A stretch of 64,000 bases of DNA from an uncultured Verrucomicrobiae bacterium (lineage in GTDB: Bacteria; Verrucomicrobiota; Verrucomicrobiia; Limisphaerales; UBA11358), in NCBI GenBank assembly GCA_963714695.1, contig CAVQPQ010000006.1:321971-385970 (forward strand), written 5' to 3'. Positions 56,055 through 64,000 of this stretch are shown one piece after another. The stretch's first letter is position 1. Each line of letters begins with the position of its first letter. Both the position numbers and the translations under genes were made by a program. The notes under the pieces are model-generated. The model ran no database searches and had not been told where the DNA came from. It saw only the letters and a program-made list of their open reading frames with translations.

Positions 56055-56447
56055 GGTCCGCGCTCCGGTTTCACGTTCTGGGATTGAACTTGGATTCGCG
56101 CGCGGTTCCCATAATTTTTCATCAAACAGGCTCGCTAATGTTGGAATTCAGCGCCGGCCATACTTGCATTTCCCTGAACAAAACTCCTTGCCCATCGCCT
56201 TGCCAGCTTAAAACATCAATTGTTTTTGTGGAATCAGAATTATGCCGCAGGTCAAAACGGTGTCTGGTAAAACTGTAATTCGGGAAATTGATGCCGAAGT
56301 GTTGGATGGGATTGGGCGGTCCGTCTTCAGCACAGACAATCTATCCCCTCGAACCGGCGCCACTATTCCCTGCTCCGCCCGCGCCAATTTGTGCGCCCGT
56401 TTTCATCCACAGCTTGAAATTTCGAGAATCCCGTTAATGCCATTACC

Positions 56448-57458
56448 ATGAAGATCAAAACCGACAGCCGCAAGCTCCTCACCGCCATTGCCATTGGTTT
56501 CTGGTTTTCTGCGGCCGCAGCCGCGCCGGCGTTTGTGGGCCGCCTCTCGGCGACGCTCACTCGAGGCGGGCAAACGCAGACCTTCATCTATATCGCCGGC
56601 ACGAACACGCTGCGCATCGAGCGCGGCGAGACGAACTGGCCGCACGCGCGGAATCTGGTGGACCGCGAGACCGGCGCGGTCACACTGCTCTTTCCGCACA
56701 ACCGCAGCTTTATGCGGCTGAAAAGTTCCGGCACGAACACCGCTGCCCCGGCCCCGGCCATGCTGGAAATGCCGCCGGGCGGTTTGCCACCGGGCATCGG
56801 TCCGCAAGCGGCAGTCACACCCGGAGTGCCCGCCGGCCTGCCGCCCGGAATCGGTCCAACGAACCTTCCGGGAATGCCCGTCATGCCGAACCTGCCTGCT
56901 GCCGGCCGAATGCCCGCACCGCCCGGAGGTTTGCCCTCCGGCATTGGCCCGCAAGCACAAACACCGATGGCATCCGGCGTTCCGGCTGTGACCCTGCCGC
57001 CCGGAATCGGTCCGCAATCCGTTGGCGCGCCCGGCGTTCCGGCCATGTCCGGCATGACGGGCGGCATGCCGATGATGCCCATGATGCCGATGGAAAAAGC
57101 CGAGCTTAAGGCGACCGGTGAAATAACGAATCTTCTTGGTTACGCCTGCGCCCGTTATGAAATCAAACAGCGCGGCGAGGTGATGGAAATCTGGGCCACG
57201 GACCAGTTGCTGCCGTATCAGCCGTGGCGGCAGAACCAGCCGCCGCGCTTCGGCCCGCAGACGCTCGAGGAGCAGTGGGGCGAACTGGTGAAGGCGAAGA
57301 AATTATTTCCGCTGCTGGCCACGTTGAAGTTTGAGCACGGCCCGGAACAGTTGCATTTTGAAGTCAAATCCGTCACGCCGGAGAAGATTGAAGACCGGAA
57401 CGGCGCGCTGTTTCAACCGCCCGCCGATTATCGGGAAATCAAGTCATTGCCATTTTGA
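56448..57458 (+). CDS. secreted protein, DUF4412-like ends with a Pro/Gly/Met-rich insert
   Basis: 336 aa, signal peptide. Four LP(P/S)GIGP(Q/T) repeats followed by MPMMPMMPM. The domain call is tentative. Confidence 0.5.
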   Translation: MKIKTDSRKLLTAIAIGFWFSAAAAAPAFVGRLSATLTRGGQTQTFIYIAGTNTLRIERGETNWPHARNLVDRETGAVTLLFPHNRSFMRLKSSGTNTAAPAPAMLEMPPGGLPPGIGPQAAVTPGVPAGLPPGIGPTNLPGMPVMPNLPAAGRMPAPPGGLPSGIGPQAQTPMASGVPAVTLPPGIGPQSVGAPGVPAMSGMTGGMPMMPMMPMEKAELKATGEITNLLGYACARYEIKQRGEVMEIWATDQLLPYQPWRQNQPPRFGPQTLEEQWGELVKAKKLFPLLATLKFEHGPEQLHFEVKSVTPEKIEDRNGALFQPPADYREIKSLPF

Positions 57459-57512
57459 CCGGACGTATTGAACCACAAACCAAACAACCCACACGAAAAG
57501 GAAACCAGACAC

Positions 57513-58697
57513 ATGAAAACCAACCGCACATTCAAAAGTCAACTCGCCGCCGCTTTGCTGCTCGCGGCGAGTCAACTCTTCACCGCCCGTGCCTTGGGCA
57601 ACCCACCGCAACCCGGCACGCCCACGCAAATCGAAATGCCCACGCCCATTTCCTACGCGCCGTTCACCATCAAAGCGCCGGGGTCGTATTATCTGACGGG
57701 GAATCTTACCGTGCATTCCGGCAACGCCATCACCATCGCCACCAACGGCGTGACGCTGGATTTGAACGGCTTCACCATCTCCTCCACCGCCCCCAGCGCG
57801 GCGGGCACGGCGATTTTGCTGAACAACGGGTTGCACAATATCACCATCCTGAACGGATTCATCCAGAGCGGCGTGACGGACAACGGCAGCGGCGTTTATC
57901 AAGGCAGCGGCTTCGCCTCTGGAATTTCTTGGCTCGTCAACGCACCTGTCAATGTACTGACGAACGTGGTGGTCACCAAGGTGTCCGTTATGGGTGTTTT
58001 AGATAATGGCATTTTCCTCGGTATTGGAAACGGGACGATAGTGGAAGCTTGCACGGTGACGACTGCGGGAGGCTATGGCATTGTCGCCAGCATCGTTAAA
58101 GACTCGGTGGCGAACGACTGTGGCAGCGACGGCATTTATGGCGATCAAGCGGTTGATTGCCGGGGAACATCCTTTGATAATGACGGTATTGAAACCACCG
58201 ACTCCGCGCAGAATTGTGTCGGCGTAAGCACCGGCGCCATGGGTATTTACACCTCTACCGCGCAGAACTGTCGCGGCTTTAGCAGTAGTGGCACGGGTCT
58301 TACCGCCGATACCGCGCTGAACTGTGAAGGCGATAGTGGCAGTAACTGTGGATTGGCAGCATATCAGGCGCTGAACTGTGACGGCGGCAGCGAAAGCGGC
58401 ACAGGTCTTAGCGCCTTAAATTTTGCGCAGAATTGTTACGGATCGAGTAGCAGTGGCACGGGTCTTTTCGCCCAATGGATTGCGCAGAATTGTTACGGCT
58501 ATAGCTACAGTAGCACAGCAATGGATGTCCTTTACATGGCCAACTTTAGCGTGGGCATCAGCTCATCCGGCACGGGGTTGTCCGCTTTCATCGCCAACTC
58601 TTGCTGGGGCTCTGGCAGCACGGGGTTGACTGCCACTTATGGCAACTTCTGCTTTGGCAGTACGGTTTCCGTGACCACCAAATACAACATGCCGTAA
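57513..58697 (+). CDS. secreted parallel beta-helix-like repeat protein with Cys-containing ~19-aa repeats
   Basis: The internal Met gives a signal peptide (MKTNRTFKSQLAAALLLAASQLF). The N-terminal half is beta-helix-like and the C-terminal half carries about 8 repeats of AQNC.G.S.SGTGL. Confidence 0.55.
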   Translation: MKTNRTFKSQLAAALLLAASQLFTARALGNPPQPGTPTQIEMPTPISYAPFTIKAPGSYYLTGNLTVHSGNAITIATNGVTLDLNGFTISSTAPSAAGTAILLNNGLHNITILNGFIQSGVTDNGSGVYQGSGFASGISWLVNAPVNVLTNVVVTKVSVMGVLDNGIFLGIGNGTIVEACTVTTAGGYGIVASIVKDSVANDCGSDGIYGDQAVDCRGTSFDNDGIETTDSAQNCVGVSTGAMGIYTSTAQNCRGFSSSGTGLTADTALNCEGDSGSNCGLAAYQALNCDGGSESGTGLSALNFAQNCYGSSSSGTGLFAQWIAQNCYGYSYSSTAMDVLYMANFSVGISSSGTGLSAFIANSCWGSGSTGLTATYGNFCFGSTVSVTTKYNMP

Positions 58698-58870
58698 ACG
58701 GCCAAACGAAGCATTCCGAACGCGAGTTATGCGACAACTCCGGCGGAATGAGCGGCAAACATTTCACCGGCGGTCCGAAAGTTTGGGTCGCCGGTTTTTG
58801 TTTTCCAGCGATTCCGTTCGTGAGATCTGTGTAGTCGCCCTGACTTGGCGCGCGGCGACACCGCTACGCT

Positions 58871-59854
58871 TCAATCGCGCGGATTGAATTTTGATTCGCG
58901 CGCGAGCTGCTCCCACAATTTCTTTTCCGCATCGGTAACCTTGGCCGGCACGGCGATTTTGGTGACGATCAGCAAATCTCCGCGCGCGCCGTCGCGGGTC
59001 GGCAGGCCGCGGGCGCGCACGCGAAGCTTTTGCCCGTTTTGCGTGCCGGCCGGAATTTTGATCTTCACCCGGCCATCCAGCGCGGGCACGGAAAGGTTCG
59101 CGCCCAGTACGGCCTCCCATGGCGCCAACTCGGCTTCGTAAATCAAATTGTGATCCTCGACCTCGAAGTCGGGGTGTTTGGCCAGCCGCACGCGCAAATA
59201 CAAATCACCCGCCGCGCCGCCGCCCGCGCCGGTTTCACCGCGCCCGGCAATCCGCAATTTCTGTCCTTCGGTCACACCGGGCGGGATTTTGACCTGGTGT
59301 GTTTCCGTCTTGACCGAGCGACCAACATTGTGACGCACATTGACCGTGCGCACCGAGCCGTGCATGGCCTCATTAAGCGTGACCAGAATGTCGCCCTCGA
59401 TGTCGCGTCCGCGCTCGGCGAATTCATCATCCGCAAAATCCGCGGACTGGTCAAAACCACCCGCACCTCCGCGCATCCGCGATCCAAAAAGCTGTTCAAA
59501 GAAATCACTGAAGCCCGTGCCGCCAAAATGGGCCTCAAATTCGTTCCCCCCGGCGCGGCGCCCGCGAAAAGTCTGGCCGCCGGAGAAATGTTCCCAGCCG
59601 GACGGCGGACGAAAATCCGCGCCGGACTTCCAATTTGCGCCCAGTTCGTCGTATTTTTTCCGCGTGGCCGGGTCGCTCAAGACTTCGTAGGCCTCGTTGA
59701 TTTCCTTGAATTTTTCCTCGGCCTTCTTTTTGTCCTTGGCAACATCGGGATGATATTGCCGCGCGAGTTTGCGGAAGGATTTTTTCAGCTCATCGGCGCT
59801 CGCCGTGCGCAGCACACCGAGGATTTCGTAATAATCTTTGTATTGAACAGACAT
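58871..59854 (-). CDS. cbpA: J-domain chaperone, CbpA type (no zinc-finger domain)
   Basis: J domain with HPD (YHPDVAK), G/F region and DnaJ C-terminal domains. No CxxCxGxG repeats. Confidence 0.9.
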   Translation of the reverse strand: MSVQYKDYYEILGVLRTASADELKKSFRKLARQYHPDVAKDKKKAEEKFKEINEAYEVLSDPATRKKYDELGANWKSGADFRPPSGWEHFSGGQTFRGRRAGGNEFEAHFGGTGFSDFFEQLFGSRMRGGAGGFDQSADFADDEFAERGRDIEGDILVTLNEAMHGSVRTVNVRHNVGRSVKTETHQVKIPPGVTEGQKLRIAGRGETGAGGGAAGDLYLRVRLAKHPDFEVEDHNLIYEAELAPWEAVLGANLSVPALDGRVKIKIPAGTQNGQKLRVRARGLPTRDGARGDLLIVTKIAVPAKVTDAEKKLWEQLARESKFNPRD

Positions 59855-59934
59855 AGGAACGGCCTTGCTGAAAGGCGGCTTTCAAAAGGATGTGCCCGCT
59901 TGCGAATTTTGTCAAAATTTTGCGGGCGGCGGTT

Positions 59935-61461
59935 CTACTTCAGCTTTTTGGCGTTATTCACAGTGAGATAGTGCGTACCGGCGAAATCGCCGTCGCGCCG
60001 CCAGACTCGGAGCAGGATTTGGTCGCCTTTGGCCTGCCAGCCCAGCCTGACCGCGTCGGCGGCGTTCCTCACGGGCTGGCGGTTGATTTCCACAATCACA
60101 TCACCGCGCTGCAAACCGGCCTCGGCGGAATTGGAATCCTGATCAACATTAATCATCAACGCGCCTTGGAGATCGTCCGGCATGTCGAGCTGCTGGCGCA
60201 CGCCCTGGTTTAAATCCTGCACGGTTACGCCATTGAGCGCGTCGGTTTTGGAGTTGTCGAACCTGGTACCGGTTCGAACCCCTCCCGGTTTTTCCGCATC
60301 CAGCGGCAGTCCGACAAGCTTGACCGTGATGACATTGGTCCGTCCATCGCGGAACAATTTTACCGTTGCCAGGCTTCCGGGAGAACAATCGGCCACTGAC
60401 AATATCAGGCTGTGAGCATCGCTGACTTCCTTGTCGTTGAAGGCGACAATGACATCGCCGGATTTAAAGCCGGCTTTTTCCGCCGGAGTGCCGGGCGTGA
60501 CATCGTCCACCAACGCGCCGTTTTGAACCGGAAGATTAAATTGCTTCGCGAGACCGGCGTCCAGGCTTTGCATGCTGATGTCGAGATAACCGCGCGCGAC
60601 CTTGCCGTCGCCGTTGATGAGCCGTTCCATGACGTGCCTCGCCAGGTTGATGGGCACGGCGAAACCGATGCCCTGGTTGCCGCCACTGCGGCTGATGATC
60701 GCCGTGTTGATGCCGACCAACCGGCCTTGGGCGTCCACCAGCGCGCCGCCGGAATTACCAGGGTTGATCGCCGCGTCGGTCTGGATGAAATCCTGATATT
60801 GGTTGAACCCGGCGAGGCCGTTGCGGCCCAGCGCACTGACAATGCCCATCGTCACAGTCTGGCCCAGACCGTAAGGATTGCCGATGGCAAGAACGATGTC
60901 GCCAATTTCCAACTGGTCGCTGTCGGCGAGCGTAAGGGCGGGCAGATTTTTCGCGTCAATTTTCAAAACCGCCACGTCCGTCGGGGGATCGGTGCCGATG
61001 ATTTTGGCGGCATTCTCCGTTTTATTTTCCCCAAAAGAGACTTTGATTTCGTCCGCGCCATCCACCACATGGTTGGCGGTCAAAATATAGCCGTCCGGAG
61101 AAACAATGACTCCGGAGCCAAGATTTTGTTCCCGGCGTATGCGTTTCCGGTCGTCGTTCGGGAACTGGTTGCCGAAAAGTTGCCGGAAAACCGGATCGTT
61201 GAGCAGCGGATTGCGCACCAGCCGTTCATGCACAATGCGCGTGGAGTAAATGTTGACGACCCCCGGCGCGGCTTTTCTGACAACGGGGGTGAAGCTGGCA
61301 CCGAACCGGGCATCGCGGTTGACGGGCGTGGCATCAACCTGGGCCGCCGGTCCGGTTTCCGTGCCCCACGAGGTGAGGTGAAAAAGACTAATGATGACCA
61401 GCGCAGCCGCAATTAACGACAAAAACCCGACCAGTGACCTTGCAAACCACTTCATAACCAT
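59935..61461 (-). CDS. periplasmic serine endoprotease, HtrA/DegP/DegQ family (two PDZ domains)
   Basis: Catalytic motifs (TANHVV, D, GNSGGAL) plus two PDZ regions. The internal Met start (MVMKWFARS, TM anchor) is preferred because the long ORF start overlaps the upstream gene. Confidence 0.9.
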   Translation of the reverse strand: MVMKWFARSLVGFLSLIAAALVIISLFHLTSWGTETGPAAQVDATPVNRDARFGASFTPVVRKAAPGVVNIYSTRIVHERLVRNPLLNDPVFRQLFGNQFPNDDRKRIRREQNLGSGVIVSPDGYILTANHVVDGADEIKVSFGENKTENAAKIIGTDPPTDVAVLKIDAKNLPALTLADSDQLEIGDIVLAIGNPYGLGQTVTMGIVSALGRNGLAGFNQYQDFIQTDAAINPGNSGGALVDAQGRLVGINTAIISRSGGNQGIGFAVPINLARHVMERLINGDGKVARGYLDISMQSLDAGLAKQFNLPVQNGALVDDVTPGTPAEKAGFKSGDVIVAFNDKEVSDAHSLILSVADCSPGSLATVKLFRDGRTNVITVKLVGLPLDAEKPGGVRTGTRFDNSKTDALNGVTVQDLNQGVRQQLDMPDDLQGALMINVDQDSNSAEAGLQRGDVIVEINRQPVRNAADAVRLGWQAKGDQILLRVWRRDGDFAGTHYLTVNNAKKLK

Positions 61462-61507
61462 TGGGAAATGGACAGCCCCCCGACTTGGATGTTCAAAACA
61501 CCCGCCG

Positions 61508-62431
61508 CTATTTGGACGGCTGCGGCTGTGACTGCTGCAATTTTGCCGCGTCCTCGGGTTTGATGACTTCAATCTTCGCGCCTTTTTTCATTTCCTCCTG
61601 CGAAGGCACTTTGATGATGTCGCTGGTGAGCGGCGGATTGGCGGAAGCTGCCGGCGCGGGCGGCGGCTGATGATCGATGGACACCAGTTCCACTTCAAAA
61701 GTCAAAACGGAATTCGGCTGGATGCCGGGGCGCCCCCGCTCGCCGTAAGCGAGTTCCGACGGCACAAACAACTGCCACTTGGAACCCACCTTCATCTGCA
61801 TGAGCGCTTCCGTCCAACCGCGAATAACATTGCCGACCGCAAGTTGCACGGGATGACCGGCCTTGGCGGAACTGTCAAATTCCTTGCCGTCAATGAACGT
61901 GCCGCGGTAGTTCACAGTTACCATGTCGTTCGTGATGGGTGTGGCGCCGCTGCCGTTGGTGATCACTTTATATTGCAGGCCGTCCGGCAGGGTGACAATG
62001 CCGGGCTTGGTTTTGTTTTCAGCCAGAAAGGCCTCGCCTTCCTTTTTATTCTTCTCCGCCAATTCCTGCCGCCTTTTTTCCTGTTTGGCGCCAACCTCCT
62101 TTTGGAGCTGGGTCAACGTGCTGCCCATTTCCTGCTCGGTCATCAACATTGGGCCGCCCGCTTGAGCGTCCTTCAACCCGCGAATCAGCCATTCGTTATC
62201 CACATCCATCTCCTGCTGCTTCCAGCGGGAGCCAAACATCATGCCAATCGCATAACTGCTGCGCGACTTTTCGTCGCTGAATACATTTGTGCCGGCCAGC
62301 GTCTGAGAGGCGGGAGTCTGGCTGGCGATGGCGTTGGTTTTGGCAGGGGTGGCGCCGGGTATTGTCTGCGAGGCCCGGCACATCAGCCCGGCGCTCAGGG
62401 AAAAAATAATTGCTAGTGTAATTGTCTTCAT
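61508..62431 (-). CDS. FKBP-type peptidyl-prolyl cis-trans isomerase (FkpA/Mip-like)
   Basis: Signal peptide, N-terminal dimerisation helices, C-terminal FKBP domain (VNYRGTFIDGKEFDSS...). Confidence 0.9.
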   Translation of the reverse strand: MKTITLAIIFSLSAGLMCRASQTIPGATPAKTNAIASQTPASQTLAGTNVFSDEKSRSSYAIGMMFGSRWKQQEMDVDNEWLIRGLKDAQAGGPMLMTEQEMGSTLTQLQKEVGAKQEKRRQELAEKNKKEGEAFLAENKTKPGIVTLPDGLQYKVITNGSGATPITNDMVTVNYRGTFIDGKEFDSSAKAGHPVQLAVGNVIRGWTEALMQMKVGSKWQLFVPSELAYGERGRPGIQPNSVLTFEVELVSIDHQPPPAPAASANPPLTSDIIKVPSQEEMKKGAKIEVIKPEDAAKLQQSQPQPSK

Positions 62432-62554
62432 AGAATTGGTTTTGTCGGGGATTATAGGCGTTTGAACTCAAATTGCAATCCTGTTTTACCCCTAAACCCA
62501 CGGCAAAAAGTTTGACAAGCGCGGATGGAACTTTAGATTGCGTGCGCATTTGAT

Positions 62555-62630
62555 GGGGTCGTAGCTCAGTTGGTAGAGCGCCTGAATGGCATTCAGGAGG
62601 TCAGGGGTTCGAACCCCCTCGGCTCCACCA
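62555..62630 (+). tRNA. tRNA-Ala (anticodon GGC)
   Basis: Cloverleaf readable by eye: acceptor GGGGUCG/CGGCUCC with the G3:U70 alanine identity pair, anticodon stem CCUGA/UCAGG, loop AUGGCAU, T-arm GGGGUUCGAACCCC, encoded CCA. Confidence 0.9.
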
Positions 62631-63491
62631 TTTTGAAGATTGTGCAGAAATATCGGTCGTGCTGCGCACGGCAACGGTGTTTTCAGCCAATGAATCAAAT
62701 GGTTTTTTGAAAGCAACGGTTAAGGTTTGAGCGCGTAATAAGCGGTTCGAGCCAACCTTTTGAAGAAATGATTTCATTTCTAACCAGTTGTCGCTAGAAA
62801 CTGTTTTTTCAGCCTGATTTGCCTCTAAAATCCAGTTCCGTAAGGGTTCGAGCCGATTGGTTTTGCTCTTTTCCAAAACAGCAATCTGCTCCTCCAATTC
62901 AACTTTTTTCGGAACGAGTGGATTTTTGAGTTCCTTGAATTCCACTATGTCCAATGAGCCGTCGGCAAAGCCGTCGTTAATCCGGTTAATCCTGGCTTTG
63001 ACGGCTGCCAAATCGGTTGTGAGCCGGTCAATCTGCGCCTGCTTTGCCGTCGAGACCTCCGTTTCCCATGTTTCCACTCTGGCGAGAAACTTCTCCTTCC
63101 ATTCGTCGGGAATGATGACAAGTTGGGCGTTTCGCTTCACTTCCTCGGTAAATTTTTCTTGGCGAACGAAGCTGCGGGCTTCGCATTTCTGTGTTTTGCT
63201 CTTGTGAGAGCAACGGTAGTAATAAAAACGAAGTCCGCTCTTTTTGATGTGCCGTTCGCCGGTGATGGAATAACCGCACAGGTCACAGGTCGCAAAATTG
63301 AGGAAAAGAAACTTTGTTTCCTCGCGGTGGTGACGCGGTTTGCCGACAGTCACCAGCGCCTTTTGAATATCATCAAAAGTCTTTTTTGAGATCATCGGCA
63401 CATGCGAGCCTTGGTGCAATTCCCCCTTGTGGACGAAAGGATGTGTTCTGCAACGACTTGTCTCCCAACTTGGTTTGAACCTGTATATTCT
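62601..63491 (-). pseudogene. N-terminally truncated large serine recombinase (recombinase-domain end, zinc ribbon and coiled coil only)
   Basis: HPFVHKGELHQGSHVPMISKKTFD, the CDLCGY...YYYRCSH zinc-ribbon and a long coiled coil are present. The resolvase catalytic domain is absent, and the open frame begins right after a stop at 63492. The 3' end of the ORF runs into the tRNA gene. Confidence 0.65.
62625..62669 (+). repeat. direct repeat copy 1 (tRNA 3' end plus 39 nt)
   Basis: CCACCATTTTGAAGATTGTGCAG...GTGCTGCGCAC. 40 of 45 nt identical to 63602-63646. Confidence 0.85.
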
Positions 63492-63601
63492 TTACGTTAA
63501 AGAAATGTTGCTGCATTCGCAGCCGAAGCTTTTCAAGGAAAACTGGGTTACCCGTGTTAAACTGCTAAAAGGACACCTGTCCTTTAACGGTATAAAAGAC
63601 A

Positions 63602-63646
63602 CCACCATTTTGAAGATTGTGCAGCAAGGCCGTTCGTGCTGCGCAC
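63602..63646 (+). repeat. direct repeat copy 2
   Basis: CCACCATTTTGAAGATTGTGCAG...GTGCTGCGCAC. See 62625-62669. Confidence 0.85.
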
Positions 63647-63813
63647 CTCGAGTGGTTTCGGCTCGTAGCGCATTCCCAAATCCAACAATCTGGAAATGTT
63701 TTTGGCCATCACTCTGGCTGGGACGATTGTGGCGTGCCGGGGTGCCGCAAACGGCGGGTTGTGCCTTATATTTTTTGCGCGGGAGGCGCAATCGCGCAAA
63801 ACGCGATGGAATA

Positions 63814-64000
63814 TTAGTGCTTCAACGTTTGAACGCCTTCGTGAAACGGTTTTCCCACCCGATACATTTCCAGCAGTCGCTGGTTTCTCTCAGCCAGCTT
63901 CTGGTTTCCGGCAGTGAGGGCAAGGTCTCTCGCTTTTTCGGCGGTGCCGATCGCATCCTCAAAGCGCCCGGCTTCAGCGTAGGCGGCGGCCAGCGTACCA
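63814..64000 (-). CDS. C-terminal end of a TPR-repeat protein (partial, continues beyond the window)
   Basis: The minus-strand frame is open to the window edge and reads ...GTLAAAYAEAGRFEDAIGTAEKARDLALTAGNQKLAERNQRLLEMYRVGKPFHE...*. It resembles the tail of the 871-aa protein. Not in the ORF track because no start lies in the window. Confidence 0.5.
   Translation of the reverse strand, partial: GTLAAAYAEAGRFEDAIGTAEKARDLALTAGNQKLAERNQRLLEMYRVGKPFHEGVQTLKH

Noticed and set aside
63770-63812. Hairpin TTTTGCGCG...CGCGCAAAA after the partial TPR gene as a terminator
   Set aside because: On the transcribed (minus) strand the stem is followed by an A-run, not a U-run, so its status is ambiguous.

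Overview
High-GC bacterial chromosomal segment. The gene content and the repeat vocabulary suggest the PVC superphylum (Verrucomicrobiota-like), but that is inference only. There are about 60 protein genes, mostly housekeeping: mcsA-mcsB-clpC, mnmE, an ftsB-like gene, frr, parB, def, rpoN, hpf, bioF-bioA, yggS, eno, a crcB operon behind a fluoride riboswitch, an SRP RNA followed by dnaX-ybaB-recR, a cbpA-type J-protein, an HtrA/DegP-type protease, an FKBP isomerase and tRNA-Ala(GGC). The accessory or decaying parts are: (1) one IS4-family element flanked by an 11-bp direct repeat; (2) a 134-bp solo copy of that IS end, abutting a frameshifted rhodanese gene and an AT-rich islet; (3) an N-terminally truncated large serine recombinase between 45-bp direct repeats at the tRNA-Ala 3' end; (4) a collapsed tandem paralogue of a TPR membrane protein. 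The most unusual content is a dense population of small structured repeats, in two forms. (a) At least six palindromic element families. Several sit in frame inside conserved genes (dnaX, bioF, bioA, a radical-SAM gene, a SIS-domain gene, a TPR gene), and copies of one family keep the same orientation and reading frame, reminiscent of Rickettsia palindromic elements. (b) Short tandem arrays of heptanucleotides whose unit sequence differs from locus to locus and which often occur as inverted pairs. One such pair precisely brackets a four-helix-bundle gene (23S rRNA intervening-sequence protein family) wedged between parB and def. This is my best candidate for an undescribed cassette or RNA-processing system. 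Three sigma-54-type -24/-12 promoter candidates were also seen; the best one is directly upstream of clpC. All calls come from reading the sequence and the supplied ORF translations; no searches were run.
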